This document shows positions 1-13,707 of a DNA stretch of 64,000 nt, piece after piece. The notes under the pieces were generated by a model. It was not told the DNA's origin and did not search any database. It saw only the letters and a program-made list of their open reading frames with translations. Position 1 is the first letter of the stretch. Each line of letters begins with the position of its first letter. Source of the DNA: Octopus vulgaris (Eukaryota); the NCBI GenBank assembly GCA_951406725.2, contig OX597818.1:118606001-118670000 (forward strand), written 5' to 3'. The translations under genes and the position numbers were made by a program.

Positions 1-1088
1 CACATTATGCGTAGGCTTTGGTAACCATGGAGGCACACAAACAAAATTAAATAAAAGCAAAATAGTCATTGTATAATTTACATACATCAGCGGATATCTC
101 TACTGTTCCTACAATAACAAAACAATCTAGTCAACAACATAAATAAAATGGAAAGCATTAATTTTACGTCAGAGAAGAAATATTCAATCCAGCTATAGAT
201 TGCTTTAGCGATGTGCGAAATAAGAATATATGAAATTTATACCGAAACACAATACCTCGTGGAGTAAGAACCTGGAAAAGAGAAGCCATATCATTCAGGA
301 AAATTGTAGTGTCATTCATATCTAGAAACCACCAAAATATTAATACATAGTATTTCAATGACACGCTGCGAAACTACAAAATATTCAACTTAGAGGATGT
401 AAAATGTGTAAAACAGTTATCGCCACATCCATAAGGAGATATACTAGACAAAATCACACATACAAAACATAGTATTGTTTCTTACTACGTAACTTCAGTA
501 TAACTCATTCTTGTAATATCAATGACAAATAATTAAAATATTCACTATTTATTCGGTCTAGTAGATATTAAGCTGATGAACCACATCAGAAAATACTTCG
601 GAAAACGTACATAATCCCCACACTGACTCATTCACATAAAGAGTTAAATCAGACTCAACATTATTAACGAGACTCATTTCAGCCCTTAAAGATAAATGAT
701 TCAACAAACCAACACAGTGTAGTATATGACGAAAATGAAGATATTTACCTAAATGGTGTAAATATCCTACTTTGACTGACTGAAATTATCTGTGTTCTGA
801 TAGTTCAGAGGCAGAATTATAGACGAAAATTAACATGAAAATAAACACTCTCATGCACGTGTGTTTCAGGTAGTAATTCCACAACATAATAGTTATATGC
901 CGAAACTAAAACTACATAGCAATATTATAATAGATACAGTAGAATTTCTATACTGGTGGACATGCAGCTGAAGATCTTCGCGATTTTTTTAATAAGAATT
1001 TGGTTTAGAACTCATTGACAGTATTGATTTAGGTACAAATGTGACCTACTGGGAATGCAGTGCTGACATGTATTTTTGTGCGACTTGA

Positions 1089-1240
1089 TGTGTTTACGTT
1101 CCCGTGACTTAGCGGTTCGGTAAAAGAGACCGATATAATAAGTACTGGGCTTACAAAAATACGTCCTGGGGTCGATTTGCTCGACTAAAGGCGGTGCTCC
1201 AGCATGGCCATAGTCAAATGACTGAAACAATTAAAAGAGT
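1089..1240 (+). mobile_element. SINE family 1, 3' half
   Basis: Matches the 3' part (ACTTAGCGGTTCGG...GGCGGTGCTCCAGCATGGCC...TGACTGAAACA) of the full copies at 27453 and 46790. Confidence 0.85.
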
Positions 1241-1554
1241 AGTAGTTCGGCACGGTCAGAGTTGGCATGAGAAATAAACAACAATAATTATATACGCAAC
1301 AATAAGAAGCAAAAGCATATAAATTTTTTTTTAATGAACAGCATCAACAGCGATAATACTTATTATAGGCAAAACACCCGAAATTTGTTGGGGAAGCCAG
1401 ACGATTACGTTGGCCTTTGTAATTAAATTGTAATTATTTATAAAGAGCGAAAGGATGAACGGCACAATTGACCTCGGCAGAGATTGAACACAGAAAGCGA
1501 AGACAGTCGACACGCTCATTAGAATTTTGTTCATCGTAAAAGGGACACTGCGTG

Positions 1555-1868
1555 GAGGCGCAATGGCCCAGTGTTTAGAGCAGCGGATTCGCGGTCGGAG
1601 GATCACGGTTTCGATTCCCAGACCCGGCGCTGTGTGTGTTTATTGAGCGAAAACACCTAAAACACCACGAGGCTCTAGCAGGTGTTGGTGGCGACCCTTG
1701 TTGTACTCTTTCGCCCCAACTTTCTTTCACTCTTTCTTCCTGTTTCTTGAGTAACGCTGCGATGGGCTGGCGTCCCGTTCAGCTGGGGGGAACACATACG
1801 TCATAAAAACCGGGAAACCGGGCCCATGAGCCTGGCTAGGCTTGAAAAGGGCGCATAAATAAATAATA
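1555..1868 (+). mobile_element. tRNA-derived SINE family 3
   Basis: Head GAGGCGCAATGGCCCAGTG...GGTTTCGATTCCC carries A-box and B-box. The same head occurs at 61520. A-rich tail (AAAT)n. Confidence 0.8.
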
Positions 1869-3918
1869 AAATGGACTTTCCTAGCTCTCTGCCTTTCAAC
1901 AACATCACCAACAATATTAATTACAAATTTGAATCACAATAGTTTGAATGTAGCCAATACGTTCTTGGAAATCGTCTTGCTTTTTCTTAGCAATGTTCTC
2001 CTGAATATTGGTTGCCATTTAAACCAGATATACATCATCTATATTCCTACATGGTATTATTGTTGTTGTTGATAATCTTGCTGTTATATTCATCTTTATG
2101 TGGTTGGTATTTCTGTAAATATTTTCATTTTTGTTTCTGTTGCTGTCATGGTCCTTGACTTTGTTTTTTTAGCTTCATGTGTACCTTGATCCAGAAGAAC
2201 CCTAATCAACAATGTGGCTGCTATCTACTTACAGAATTATTGAATATCCAGAGGAAAATATGCAGGAACTTTGAATATTTTTGTAGTTCTTTGAGGTTTA
2301 TGATTGGAAGGAAGAAATATACTTTCTCTAATGAGAACTGGCTTAAATGTACACAACACCATTTGCTTGCCATATTTTCGCCTATCTGTCCAGGTATATA
2401 TTTCTATCAGTCCACCAAGCGTCTGTCGCATTATATCACGTATTTTGTACAACAATATCTGCAATCTTATTATTTCCATCTATTTATAAGTTTCAGGTAT
2501 TATATTATTTCATTTTTTTTCTCATGAAATATATCACCATCTTTCATTCACACTGTATCACTCTCTACCCCTACTCCATCAAACAGTTTTTCTCCTCTTT
2601 CAAAGCGTTTGTCCTTATATCAATAATTCATTTATTGTGTATCTCGAGTTCTCATTCATCATTCTTCTACTCCATCTATACACACATATTCACTTTGTAA
2701 CCGTCCTTTCATCCAAACGTTCCAATTCATATCTCTATTTACCCCCTCTTTATGTTTATTTATCTAATCAAAATAGATAAATGAGATTACATTAAAATGT
2801 ATTTGCAATTCCAAACTCTGACGCACTTCACTTCCTCTCATTTTATCCAATTCCTTCTTTCATACAACTTAGCCCTATTTCGTCGGTTATAAAATATATT
2901 ACAAATATCAAAAATGTTACTTATGTTACAGCATATGATAATTTTCAAGATTGCAATATTATTTCAAGCATAACATTTTGAACATTCCTTCGTGTAATGA
3001 AAAACTTGTTTTCTCTACGTATTCTCTGTCGTAACCCATTGGGGTTTACATAGTATTCCTTAGAAACTCATACCGACAAAAGATGATTGTCACATGTCTT
3101 AAATACGTAACTAAAATAAAAAGAATAATAGGTGTGTCGCGAAATTTGATAGATTCCCTTAAAAGTGCCTACAGGGAAAAAGGTTAAATATCAGAAACTT
3201 GTTTCAAAAATATTATTATAAAGTATATTAAGCCGTGTCTGTTGACGTTGTAAATACCACAACAAGTTTGAGAATGTAACTAGGATGTTAATCTGAGCTC
3301 CATAATAAAGAACTCGTAGTCTTTTCATTCTGAACGTCGTAGCTGACGGAATAAATACAGAAGAATCTCACTAACAGTAAGTGAGTGATTTGCGTCAAAG
3401 GCAAACTAAATTATGTATGAATCCTCAAATCAACTTAAGTGTATATACAGATAATAAGTAAAGCTATGTATAATTCATAAATTGCTCATTAGCTTATTTT
3501 ATGGGTATTATCCTGTTCCTTCTTTTGAATCACTCCATGAAATCGATATTTATATCTCTTAACTAAGTGAAACCTACCATTTATAATTTATAAATTGCTC
3601 ATTATTTTATCTTGTCGATGTAAAATTTGTCTAATTTTGAAACACTTCATGGGATTGATAGATATCTCCATAGATACTCCGTCAGACAAAAGTGTAACGC
3701 ATTCCTTGAAGGTGTGCAGCCCGCTTCAGTTAATTTTCTACGTGCAGCTCAAAAAGAAAGGCATGTTGTTATCCATCAATTGAATTAAACTCTTTCGTAT
3801 TATCTAAATTATCTAAACCAGTACACGTTACTGTTCCGTAAGAAGTGCTACACCTCAATATTCAGTGTAAATGCACATGTACTTTTACACAAGTACGTAC
3901 ACACAAGTGCGTATATAA

Positions 3919-3974
<56 letters not shown>

Positions 3975-3984
3975 GTATAGTTAA

Positions 3985-4185
3985 TCCAAACATGAGCAAA
4001 CAAGAAAAAAACAAAAACGCGGGAACATGGAATTAGTGCAGTGTTATTGGACGCTCAGTAAAGGAAAGAAAAGAAAGAGGATTTCACGTTTTGAACGGAG
4101 TTATTCGTCAGAAATATAGAAAAAGTCCAAAGAAGGGAAGACGGAGAAAGAAAAATCGCCAAGGATACACACATTGTTACAGGCA
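3985..4185 (-). repeat. Short dispersed repeat, probably Penelope-derived, with degenerate hammerhead-like core
   Basis: Similar to 28085-28250, 33000-33215 and 43610-43770. Minus strand reads CTGACGA...GTTCAAAACGTG. Sits next to a (TA)n tract. Confidence 0.5.
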
Positions 4186-4204
4186 GGCAGACAGACAGAG
4201 ACAC

Positions 4205-4320
<116 letters not shown>

Positions 4321-4849
4321 AAAGAAAGAGGGAGACAGAGATATGCCTACATACATGAACGTTGCTATATTTTAAGCGAATGGCAGACGAGTGCTCAACA
4401 CGTGTTTAGGGTATGTTCTTTTATCGAAATTGAAACTCGAGTCGCGAGACAAAATCCCACTTTCATGTTTCTTTATATTCTATATTTTTTTTGTTTCGTT
4501 AATTAGACTGCCGTCATGTCGGGGCACCACCTTCAAGAAATGGATTGACTCTAGTTCGTATTCCTGGTACGAAATATGTGGATAGCAGTTTACTGCCTAG
4601 AACCTAAGGAATTCACAAGTTTTCAGCAGTCTTTCAACTGCAAAGAATCCTCCTAATAATCTTTGCTGTCCCTAACAGATAAAAATGTATGCGTACATCT
4701 GTGTATGTACGCGCGCGTGTTTGTGTGCACGATTGATTAACTTGCAGTTTTGATTGCAAAATATGTTAGCCAATTTAATGTCAGTAACGGAGTAACGCTT
4801 AAGCAATAGGAATAAAGAATATATTTCTAAAATGAATGTTTACATTCTA

Positions 4850-4922
4850 AGTCGGCGAGCTGGCAGGAGCGCTAGCGCACCAGGCGAGATGCTTAACAAT
4901 ATTTCGTCTTTCTTTACGCTCT
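4850..4922 (+). mobile_element. SINE family 2, 5' fragment
   Basis: GGCGAGCTGGCAGGAGCGCTAGCGCACCAGGCGAGATGCTTAAC resembles the head at 61718. Confidence 0.65.
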
Positions 4923-5507
4923 CAGCGCTGGTCTTCTTGCATGGTATAATCATGGGCGTGTTTTATTGTAGATAATGTTGAGCATTGAGACTGAAACAGT
5001 AAGCATAATTGTTGGAGTTAATAATGTGGTGAATTTGAAGAATCATTATTGCGTCGGAAAATTATCCCTTTATCTCGGATTTATAGCTTCATAATACAAA
5101 TTCTCGCCAAGTTAAAGTGCTGCTTCTCGGACTGCTCTCGCGAGAACGATTGATTGGTGGAGATATTAAAGCATCAAACAAAATACCTTGCACGATTTTC
5201 CGGCGCTGTTGCGTCTGATCTGAATTTAAACCCTTCTGAGATCAGATTTTATCCATCTTCCTCGAGAGGTTAATAAACATGTTTAGCAACGAATATTCTC
5301 AGGTGAAGCCTTCCCCTCATTACGTTTTATGTTTTCACTCTTTCAAAGGTCGGCTGTCTATGTCATCGATTCATTTCACGAAACTCTAAAACAGAAATAA
5401 AAGCATGGAGTATAGTTCTATAAAGTCGTATTCAAATTCAATTCATGGTGAGGAAAAGAAAATATGGTGTTAAAAATATTGATGTGTGCTATAGGTTTAT
5501 TAGTTTA

Positions 5508-6394
5508 CATGGTCTGATCAATAAGTATCCGAACTGTTGCTATAGGAGCGAAGCTAAAGCACGGAGAATGAAGCCGCCTGGTACAGATTGACTATAAACT
5601 ATGTTGTGCATGTGCACGAATATTTGACATTCTAGCGCACTCCCGCTGTTTACAGCAGTGCTTGGAAGCAAGTTTTATAGCGTGTGATCATCGCAATGAC
5701 AATGGCTCAAAAAGTTGAGCAGAGGATCTGTACCAAATTTTGCCAGCTTTGCGATACCTGCTCAGAGGCCTACGCAAATTTTTCAAAAATTTTCATCGTT
5801 CTCCACACTATCAAGATCTTGTGCAACTGTCACCCGCGAGTCCTTTTGGTCCGCTGAAATCAGTTTTATCACACACTTGGCAGACGCGGTTCTCTCTCCC
5901 ACATCCTCAGTGATTAAGTTCTGAAATGAACCGTAACTAATCTGCACATCCTGTGATAACTCACGGACGGCGATTCAACGATTTTACTTCAGATTTGTAA
6001 GCAACCCCTCTGCGATGTTTTTTTCACTTCTGATGGTTGCATGTCTCCGAGAACATTCGCCAATATCTTCATTTTTTAGGCCATCTTCGAAACGTCAGAA
6101 CCACTCGTACATTTGTGTGTGGCTCATACACTCCTCTCCATACACATTCTGCAACTTTGCATAGGCTTCTGAACAGGTATCGCCATGAGAACTTTGTGAT
6201 GGTCAATGCGACGATCACACGCTATACACGTTCCTTCCAATCACTACTGTAAACAGCTTAAATGAGCTAGAACGTTACAATTTAGTGCGTATGCCCAGCA
6301 GAGTTCAAGGTCAATCGTTGCCAAGCGACTTTACACTGCATGCATTATCGTCGTTACTATGACAACAGACTGAATACTTATTCGTCTGGCCTCG
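5508..6394. mobile_element. Fold-back mariner-derived element (two 5' ends in inverted orientation)
   Basis: TA-flanked. Left end CATGGTCTGATCAATAAGTATCCG; right end (reverse complement) CGAGGCCAGACGAATAAGTATTCAG. About 270 bp of inverted similarity. Minus strand encodes a decayed mariner N-terminal HTH (GDTCSEAYAKLQNVYGEECMSHTQMYEWF). Confidence 0.8.
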
Positions 6395-6417
6395 TACATA
6401 CACACATACATACATTC

Positions 6418-6501
<84 letters not shown>

Positions 6502-7103
6502 TAGTACCTTACTTTTGTATCAACCGGACTACATATATATATATATATATATATATTTGTATGTATGTATGTATATATATATATATAAATCAAAGATAGA
6601 AAACAACAAACCGATATCGTCAAAGCATAACAAGCAGGAGAAAGAACGATAGCACTACAACGGCAAGCAGTACAAAACATGATATATGGAACATTCGCAC
6701 CCAATTGTTTCTTCAGTTGGAGTCTGGAATGTCTACGTAGTTTCACCCAATCTTCTCAGATACTACTAGAAACCAGTTAGGCCAAGGGCTTAAGCTGAAG
6801 GCATTAAGCCCCTGAGCAAAGTACATGAACGTACATATACAAACACAACAAAATAACAAACAGAAAGTGTCTTTTGACTATCGGATGGATGTAACATAAG
6901 AAATAAGAATTGTACATATAGAATGGATAAAATCTTTTTCGGCTATACAAAGAAAACTAAAACAAAACAAAAGCAACGAGTTTATGGAGATCTATGTAGT
7001 AACAGTACTGAATAGTAAAGTTTATATGCAAAGATAACGTAGAAGTCCTGAATAGGACTATCTTATTATTTTTAACCCTTTACGTGGGCAAATAAGCTTT
7101 ACT

Positions 7104-7149
<46 letters not shown>

Positions 7150-7319
7150 TAGAGAATATTAAGAAGCCAGAATAAATGTAAGCGGGAAGGCATTAAAATT
7201 GTTTGAGGACTTCCTGTATATAGAAGCAAAGATTGGGAACACAGAGGGTGATATAGTTGAGAGGAAGAGCATGCCACATTTTGAGATCTGAATGGAATTC
7301 GAAACTTCGTAAAGTCCTG

Positions 7320-7687
7320 AAGATCCGTCTCTTCGTTGCTATAGTGTTACACGAGAATGCTGAGGATGGCTCTGAGCATTAATTAGTATAAGCTGATGAT
7401 GAAGAGCTCAGTGCTGTACGAGATCCTCCCAAATAGTCAGCTCGAAAATAACACAGAGGAGACTGAGGTTAGCCGGACAAAACTCAACGTCATTCAGAGT
7501 TGATACTGCGGTCAGTGGTCTCGTGGAAGCACCTACATGGACACAGTAGAAGAGAGACCGAGGATGACATATGTTGATACTCTAAGGACAGACATTGGTC
7601 CCTGGGAGAGACATGACATGATAGAGATGATGAGGGACAAAGACCGCTGCAGAGAATCCGTCTATGGACCTCTGGAAATACCCGACC

Positions 7688-7690
<3 letters not shown>
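7320..7690 (+). mobile_element. RTE-like LINE 3' fragment (degenerate)
   Basis: Decayed peptide CYTRMLRMALSI...SELIL...RPRMTYVDTLRTD, typical of RTE-group ORF C-termini. Ends in (TA)n. Confidence 0.6.
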
Positions 7691-7728
<38 letters not shown>

Positions 7729-7832
7729 CTATATATACACATGTGTATATATATTTATACATGTATGTATGCATGTAATTATGTACTTATGTATGAAATG
7801 AATGTGTATTGCATATATATATATATATATAT

Positions 7833-9195
7833 AAAACTTAGATAAAACTTAGATATGTTTCGTCCAAAGATTGGTCCAGGCCATGTCTAACTTAATAGCA
7901 CCACCTGATAGGATTATTCGAATCCTGTTTAAGTCAAGTTTTGTTTAAGTCAAGTTTTGTTTAAGTCAAGTTTTGTTCAAGTAGTGAGTTCTTGTTGGGT
8001 GAGTTGTATCCAGTTTTGTTCAAGTAGTGAGTTCTTGTTGGGTGAGTTGTATCCAATTATGGGTGGCTTATCTGGTATTCTTTGAAGGAATCTATCCAGA
8101 CTCTGTTTAAAGTTGATGGGATCCTTTTCCTCTTTGATCTCCCTCGGGACAATGTTAAATAGGGCAGGGCCTGTTGAGGAAAAGAAATTATGTTGCAGTG
8201 TACATGTATGTTGTGATCTTGAATTGGGCAAGGACGTATAGCCCGTGGTCCAAGTCTTGGATGAACCTTGAAGCTAATGTTTAGGTCGTTTGGGCAAAGT
8301 TGGCGGTATATTTTCCACATCGTACAAATGATGTACCGCTCACGGCGACGCTGGAGGGAGTAAAGTTTCAAGGCTTTAAGGCGATCCCAATAATCGAGAG
8401 CAGCCATGCCTTCAATCTGTTTAGTGAGTGCCCTCTGGGGTGACTCAATTCTGGAGATGTTTTGTCTTGTGTGAGGAGACCACAGTGGGCAGCAGTATTC
8501 AAGGTGTGGCCGTACAAAGGAGGAAAAAAGTGGTATGATGACACCTTGTTCTCTGGACTGGAAAGTTCTTAAGATCCAGGAACTCATCCTACGAGCTATA
8601 TCGACCTTCTTGTTGATGTGTGCACTCCAACTGAGATCGTCATCAACAATTACACCCAGGTCTCTGATATTGTTAGAGGCTGTGAGCGGTTCCCCTGAAG
8701 GAAGAGAGTATGGTTGTTTTAGTGAGGAATTTCTTCCAAAATGCATCAGCTCAAATTTTCCCTCATTCAATTGCAATTTGTTTCTGTCTGCCCATTGACT
8801 CACAGCATATAGATCAGACTGGAGTTGAGTTCGGTCTGCTTCTTCATTGACGATTTGCTGGAGCTTAGTGTCATCAGCAAATATTTTCACTTTGCAGTAA
8901 TGTACGACACTGGAAAGGTCGTTTACGTAAATTATGAAGAGTAGCGGACCCAAAACAGTTCCTTGGGGAACACCGCTGGTGACTTTTGCTGGGTTTGAGT
9001 GGACTCCATCAACTACAACATGTTGTGTTCTATTCGCCAGGAAATACTTAATCCAGTGTAGAACTTTTCCACGGATTCCAACGTTTGCCAATTTTGAGAG
9101 TAGGATGTTATGGTCTACCCTGTCGAACGCTTTACTGAAGTCAAGATATATGACGTCAGAGTTCGAACCTGTTCCCAAGGCTTTGAGTACATCTT
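7833..9195 (-). mobile_element. 5'-truncated CR1-group LINE
   Basis: RT ORF followed by a 3' UTR and a short tandem tail (TCTAAGTTTTA). Local 16-bp and ~39-bp tandem repeats near the ORF end. Tandem TACATCTTCAATG units at the 5' junction. Confidence 0.85.
8057..9190 (-). pseudogene. Reverse transcriptase C-terminal part, CR1 group
   Basis: Motifs YLDFSKAFDRVDH, SGVPQGTVLGPLLF, FADDTKL, RDLGV, RPHLEYC. 5'-truncated, with a frameshift near 8230. Confidence 0.9.
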
Positions 9196-9242
9196 CAATG
9201 TATATATCTTCAATGTATATATACATCTTCAATGTACATCTT

Positions 9243-9283
<41 letters not shown>

Positions 9284-10421
9284 TTATAATAAGTGTAGTT
9301 GGCACACGTGGACCCTATTGAGACTAGTAAGAAACAATTATGAACTTTTTTTATTACACTTAACTTTTAAAAATATTTTTGATAAGTTTTGTTTTTTTTC
9401 AAGAAGAACCGAAACATGTAAAATCTCTAAGAAAATTAAAATTTTACTTATATAGTGGCGTTTTCAAACTTCTTATATATATATATATATATACCGTAGT
9501 ACTGTGTGTTGATCGTTTTGTCGCACCGACTCTGATATGCATAGTACTTAGTGAGGAAGGAGGACTGCGGAAATCTGAAAGAACTGGCGTATGGGGAGCT
9601 GAGGAATGGTAATTGGGTAGCACCAACCTCAAAATTTTATGCTTTGTCACTACAGTTGAAAATATCATTATCGTTGTCATTTATCTCGACAATCGTGTAC
9701 GTTTCATATTCTGTGTCCTCGCCAACTTGAATGAGCAAGTACCGGGCAATTGTGGGTCTACCGTTGTCGTCTACAGTGTTTCGCTCTTGTATAATAAACA
9801 TTTTCTTAGTATTCTGGTCAAAGTATGAGCATACTTCTCATCGACTATAGTTGCCGAATAATTATGTCCGCGTAGTTACACTGTGAATATACAAAATTAG
9901 CCGATAGAAATTTTGTGATAATTTTATCCCGAAGGACCTACTGCAGTTGGATTCGCTTAACGTCTCGTTTCTTGTCTCATTATTGTCTTCGTACAGAATT
10001 TGTGACAAAGCAGTGTCATGTGCACTCAGAACCAGACATTTCGTGCCTGGTTTTAGCCAAGAGCTTTCGTGTGATTGGTATCACTCGTACGTGCTTCCTT
10101 TCACTTTATCGAGCCCACAAAGCCTTTGGCAATACTTAGATTTGTTTTACTCGTCTTATCAGCCTCTGTACTTGTTCTTTAATATTGTAAGTTGTCTGTC
10201 CTATTTATCCGAAGATTTTGCGACGATGTAATTAACTTATAGTTGTTCATGGTGCTTCTCTCTGCACTGCGAGGAATGTTGTTTTTTATGTGTGCGTCTG
10301 TTTGTGTGTTTATGTGCGTGCGCGTGTGCGTGTGTGCGCGTGTGTGTATGTTTGTGTGTGTGCGTTTGTGTGTGCACGAGTGTGTTTCTGTCTGTCACTC
10401 TTTCTCTCTCTCTCTCACTTT

Positions 10422-10600
10422 ATGATCTCATTGTGGATATGAATGGATGATCTGGCAGGGGCAGCTTGGCGCTGCGTATTTGTCGTCGCTATTTCGACGC
10501 TGACATATTTGACATCAAAAATTTTAATTTCTTTCTCTCTCCCTCAAAGCCATATTATTTCTCTTCCTCTCTTTCTCTGTCCTACACTCTCCCTTCCCTT

Positions 10601-10643
<43 letters not shown>

Positions 10644-10770
10644 TCTGTATGATCTCATAGTAGGTATGAAATGATGTCCTGGCAGTCACCTCGGCACTGC
10701 TTATTTGACGGCGCTGATTCGACGCTGACTTATTTGACATAAAAACAATTTAATTTCTCGCTTTCTCAAT
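10422..10770. repeat. Local diverged duplication of ~110 bp separated by a CT-rich tract
   Basis: ATGATCTCAT...TTCGACGCTGAC(A/T)TATTTGACAT...TTTAATTTCT occurs at ~10422-10535 and ~10649-10765. Confidence 0.75.
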
Positions 10771-11904
10771 TACATACCTTCTCTCTTCTTCTCTTTCTCT
10801 CTCCCTCCTCTCTCTCCCCTACTCTCCTTCTGTTTATATATCTGAACATATTTCTCCTTATGCACCTGAGGAGGGGGAACATTTTTATGTCAACCCTGCT
10901 CAATTAATCAATTGCAATATCTCTTTCACCCTCGCTTTCTCGTTCTTCCTCTCACTCTCACCATGTCTCCCCATATTTTTCACTCTCACTTTCCTTCTTT
11001 ATCACCTCCTATCCCTCTCTCTCTCTTTCTCGCTCTCACTCACACCCTTCCTCTACCCATCACCCTCCTTCTCTCTCATTTTCCCCCTCACTCGCTCTCT
11101 CCTTCCCACTCTCTGCTTCTTTTTATCTATACATGTATATTTCTGAGCGTGCGTGTGATTGTGTATATTTGCCTAGAGTGGCAAAAAGTACTGACGCCAA
11201 AAAAGGCTGGAAGTTCAGTCAGCAGTTCCAAATCTTCAGCATTTAAACAACTGATCCAATCCTCCATATCATTTGTTAATTTTCTATTGATTTAGTTCTC
11301 TATATACCGTAGAGTTTGTTGCAACGCGGTTCGTATTTTATGTATGTTATGTATGTTCAGCTTATTCTTAATCGTGTGGAGAAAAAGTACATCCTATTTA
11401 CATCAATTCCTGGCAGTGATTTAAGAGTGCTAAGCTAGCTGCCCTATTCTAATTTTATAAACTGTTCAATCCATTTAGCATCCATTTGATTCCTCTTCGA
11501 GGAATGTAAAGACGCAGACATTTTCCAATCGAATTCGGATGTAGAAGATTCGTTGGAAAAAGTGTGAAGCGACTGTTGTTATCGTTAGGCCTAACTCATC
11601 GTAAAGTTAATACCACCATGAACGTTATCCAAACTACAATGGAAAAGGCTAGCCACTGGATTTGGTTGAACAGAGACAAGTGATTACTAAAAGAATATGG
11701 AGCTTTATTTGATAACCAGTTGATCTAGCAAACGGGGCTTCATATCAGTGAGGTGGCGGGGGAGCGGTGAGCAATGATGCCGTCGAGAGGTAGGCCCCGA
11801 AACGATCGTCTTTCTTCCTGATGATCCCATCCACATGCTGGCTTCCGGTATGCAGAGCTTTCCGCTGGGAACACTTGCATGAGCAAGTTGTTTGCAAAAC
11901 AACC

Positions 11905-12122
11905 TCTTACTCTTTACTCTTTTACTTGTTTCAGTCATTTGACTGAGGCCATGCTGGAGCACCGCCTTTAATTGAACAGCTCGACCCCGGGACTTATTCT
12001 TTGTAAGCCCAGTACTTATTCTCTCGGTCTCTTTTTGCCGAACTGCTAAGTGACGGGGACGTAAACACACCAGCATCGGTTGTCAAGCAATGCTAGGGGG
12101 ACAAACACAGACACACAAACAT

Positions 12123-12165
<43 letters not shown>

Positions 12166-12328
12166 ACAGGCTTCTTTCAGTTTCCGTCTACCAAATCCAC
12201 TCACAAGGCATTGGTCGGTCCGAGGCTATAGCAGAAGACACTTGCCCAAGATGCTACGCAGTGGGACTGACCCGGAACCATGTGGTTGATAAGCAAGCTA
12301 CTTACCACACAGCCACTCCTGCGCCTAT
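11905..12328 (-). mobile_element. SINE family 1, full length (tRNA head, CORE-like CTTGGGCAAGT, internal TA/TG microsatellite)
   Basis: Reverse complement of the copy at 46790-47277. Confidence 0.9.
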
Positions 12329-12546
12329 GGTACATTTATAACAATTATCTCCGTCAAACATTGCCATGAGCCTTTCTTCTATGTTATAAGTATCTCTATA
12401 CTTTTTCTGATATTGAGACTTTGATATAATTTTTATGCTGTGACAGTATTAATCAATTTCACGTAGATCCACAGTCGTATTCAACACACCAGGTTGAATA
12501 TTTTTCATTCTTTTTTTTGGGGGGGGGAATTTTGGGGGGATATGAT

Positions 12547-13010
12547 ACTAGGCTGAGAGAAAACGTCCGTGCGCCATGTTAAAATAACGATATGTTATGC
12601 AAGAATTCATTGAAACACAACAGCAACCATTCTTCAAAAAACGACCATCATTTTCCACTACCATCTGCCAACCATCTGCAAGTTTTCGGATTTGGTCAAA
12701 GTACCGATCCTTCGGCTTTGAATCGAAAAATTCTTGACAGGATTCTTCAACTTCGTCGAATATCTCAAATCGGCGATGTTTCGCAAAGTGCGAAAGGTAC
12801 CGTAGTCAGATGGAGGAACTTCCACACCGTCCAATTCTTCGGTCATGTTGTTGGTCTTTCTGGCGGTATGCGGCTTTGTATTGTCTTGTTGAAACAAAGC
12901 ACGTTTTATTCGAACAAGTCATGGGTACTTTTCAACTAGCCCATCGAAGATTCCATCAAGTTGCCCGCAGTCAAGGTGTAGCCTTGATGGTGCGACCATT
13001 CCGCACAAGT
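12547..13010 (-). mobile_element. Mariner transposase 3' relic
   Basis: FQQDNTKPHTARKT...PSDYG resembles the mariner HDNARPH and SPDLAPSDY motifs. Confidence 0.7.
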
Positions 13011-13221
13011 TCGCGGCACGAACTTTGTCCCCGACCTAATAATTTACAATTCCTTTTAATATATATCAACGATGGCGTTTATGAATTGTTTACTGTTTCT
13101 GAGCTAGACAAAGGCGTGAATGGAATATTCAGATGAAGTATAAGTAAATGGCTCAGATAGGCTTAAAATGTACAAAATGAAGGTAAGATAGGCTTTTGGT
13201 AAAAACACAAAACAGATACCT

Positions 13222-13330
13222 ATAGGCGCAGGCGTGACTGTGTGGTAAGAAACTTGCTTCCCAACCACATGGGTCCGGGTTCAGTCCCACTGCCTCGGGC
13301 CGGGCAGACAGAAACTGAAAGAACTTCGTC
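13222..13330 (+). mobile_element. SINE family 1 head, internally deleted
   Basis: AGGCGCAGGCGTGACTGTGTGGTAAG...GGTTCAGTCCCACTG. Confidence 0.75.
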
Positions 13331-13334
13331 CTAT

Positions 13335-13707
13335 CTGCTTGTACAGTGCTTTATCTTTCCAATCTTCCATCCTACACAAGCCTTACCATCTTATTTCCTG
13401 CTCCATATCTAAGGAGTGAAACCATCCAGGTGTTGATAAATTCATTCTTATTCTGTCCGTTTACTTTCGACTCAAGGATCAGTCTCAGTCTGCAGAAGTA
13501 CTCTACCTTAAATTTTTCTGCCATTTCTTTCTCTGCCAATTCATTCATTTCCAATATCCCTAAGTACCTATAGCGCATCTGTTCGATCTGCTTCATGCCC
13601 TCCCCCGACGGTGTCATTAGCTCGTCCATACATTTAATTTTGCCAATCTTCAAGACTAACACACTATATCTTTTCTGTCCGAACTTCATTCTTATATCAG
13701 CACTAAA
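13335..13707 (-). mobile_element. R4/Dong-clade RT fragment (family D, degenerate)
   Basis: FSADIRMKFG...YRYLGILE...EYFCRLRLILESKVNGQNKNEFINTW aligns by eye with FSDDIRMQFG...YKYLGIIE...ECYRRVRAILKTELNARNRIEAIN of the 54-58 kb element. Confidence 0.8.

Noticed and set aside
570-612. CTGATGA...GAAAACGTA hammerhead-like boxes (also near 48290)
   Set aside because: No convincing stems I and II.
1555-1630. tRNA-like sequence (also at 27453, 61520 and 61718)
   Set aside because: A/B boxes are SINE heads followed by SINE bodies; no complete cloverleaf seen.
1880-2500. Possible decayed LINE fragment on the minus strand
   Set aside because: No diagnostic RT motif recoverable.
7925-8056. Short direct repeats resembling an array
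   Set aside because: Slippage duplications at the CR1-like ORF end with no unique spacers; not CRISPR.
11170-11900. Possible DNA transposon end (TAGAGTGGCAAAAAGTAC) with decayed coding sequence
   Set aside because: No partner TIR or transposase motif found.
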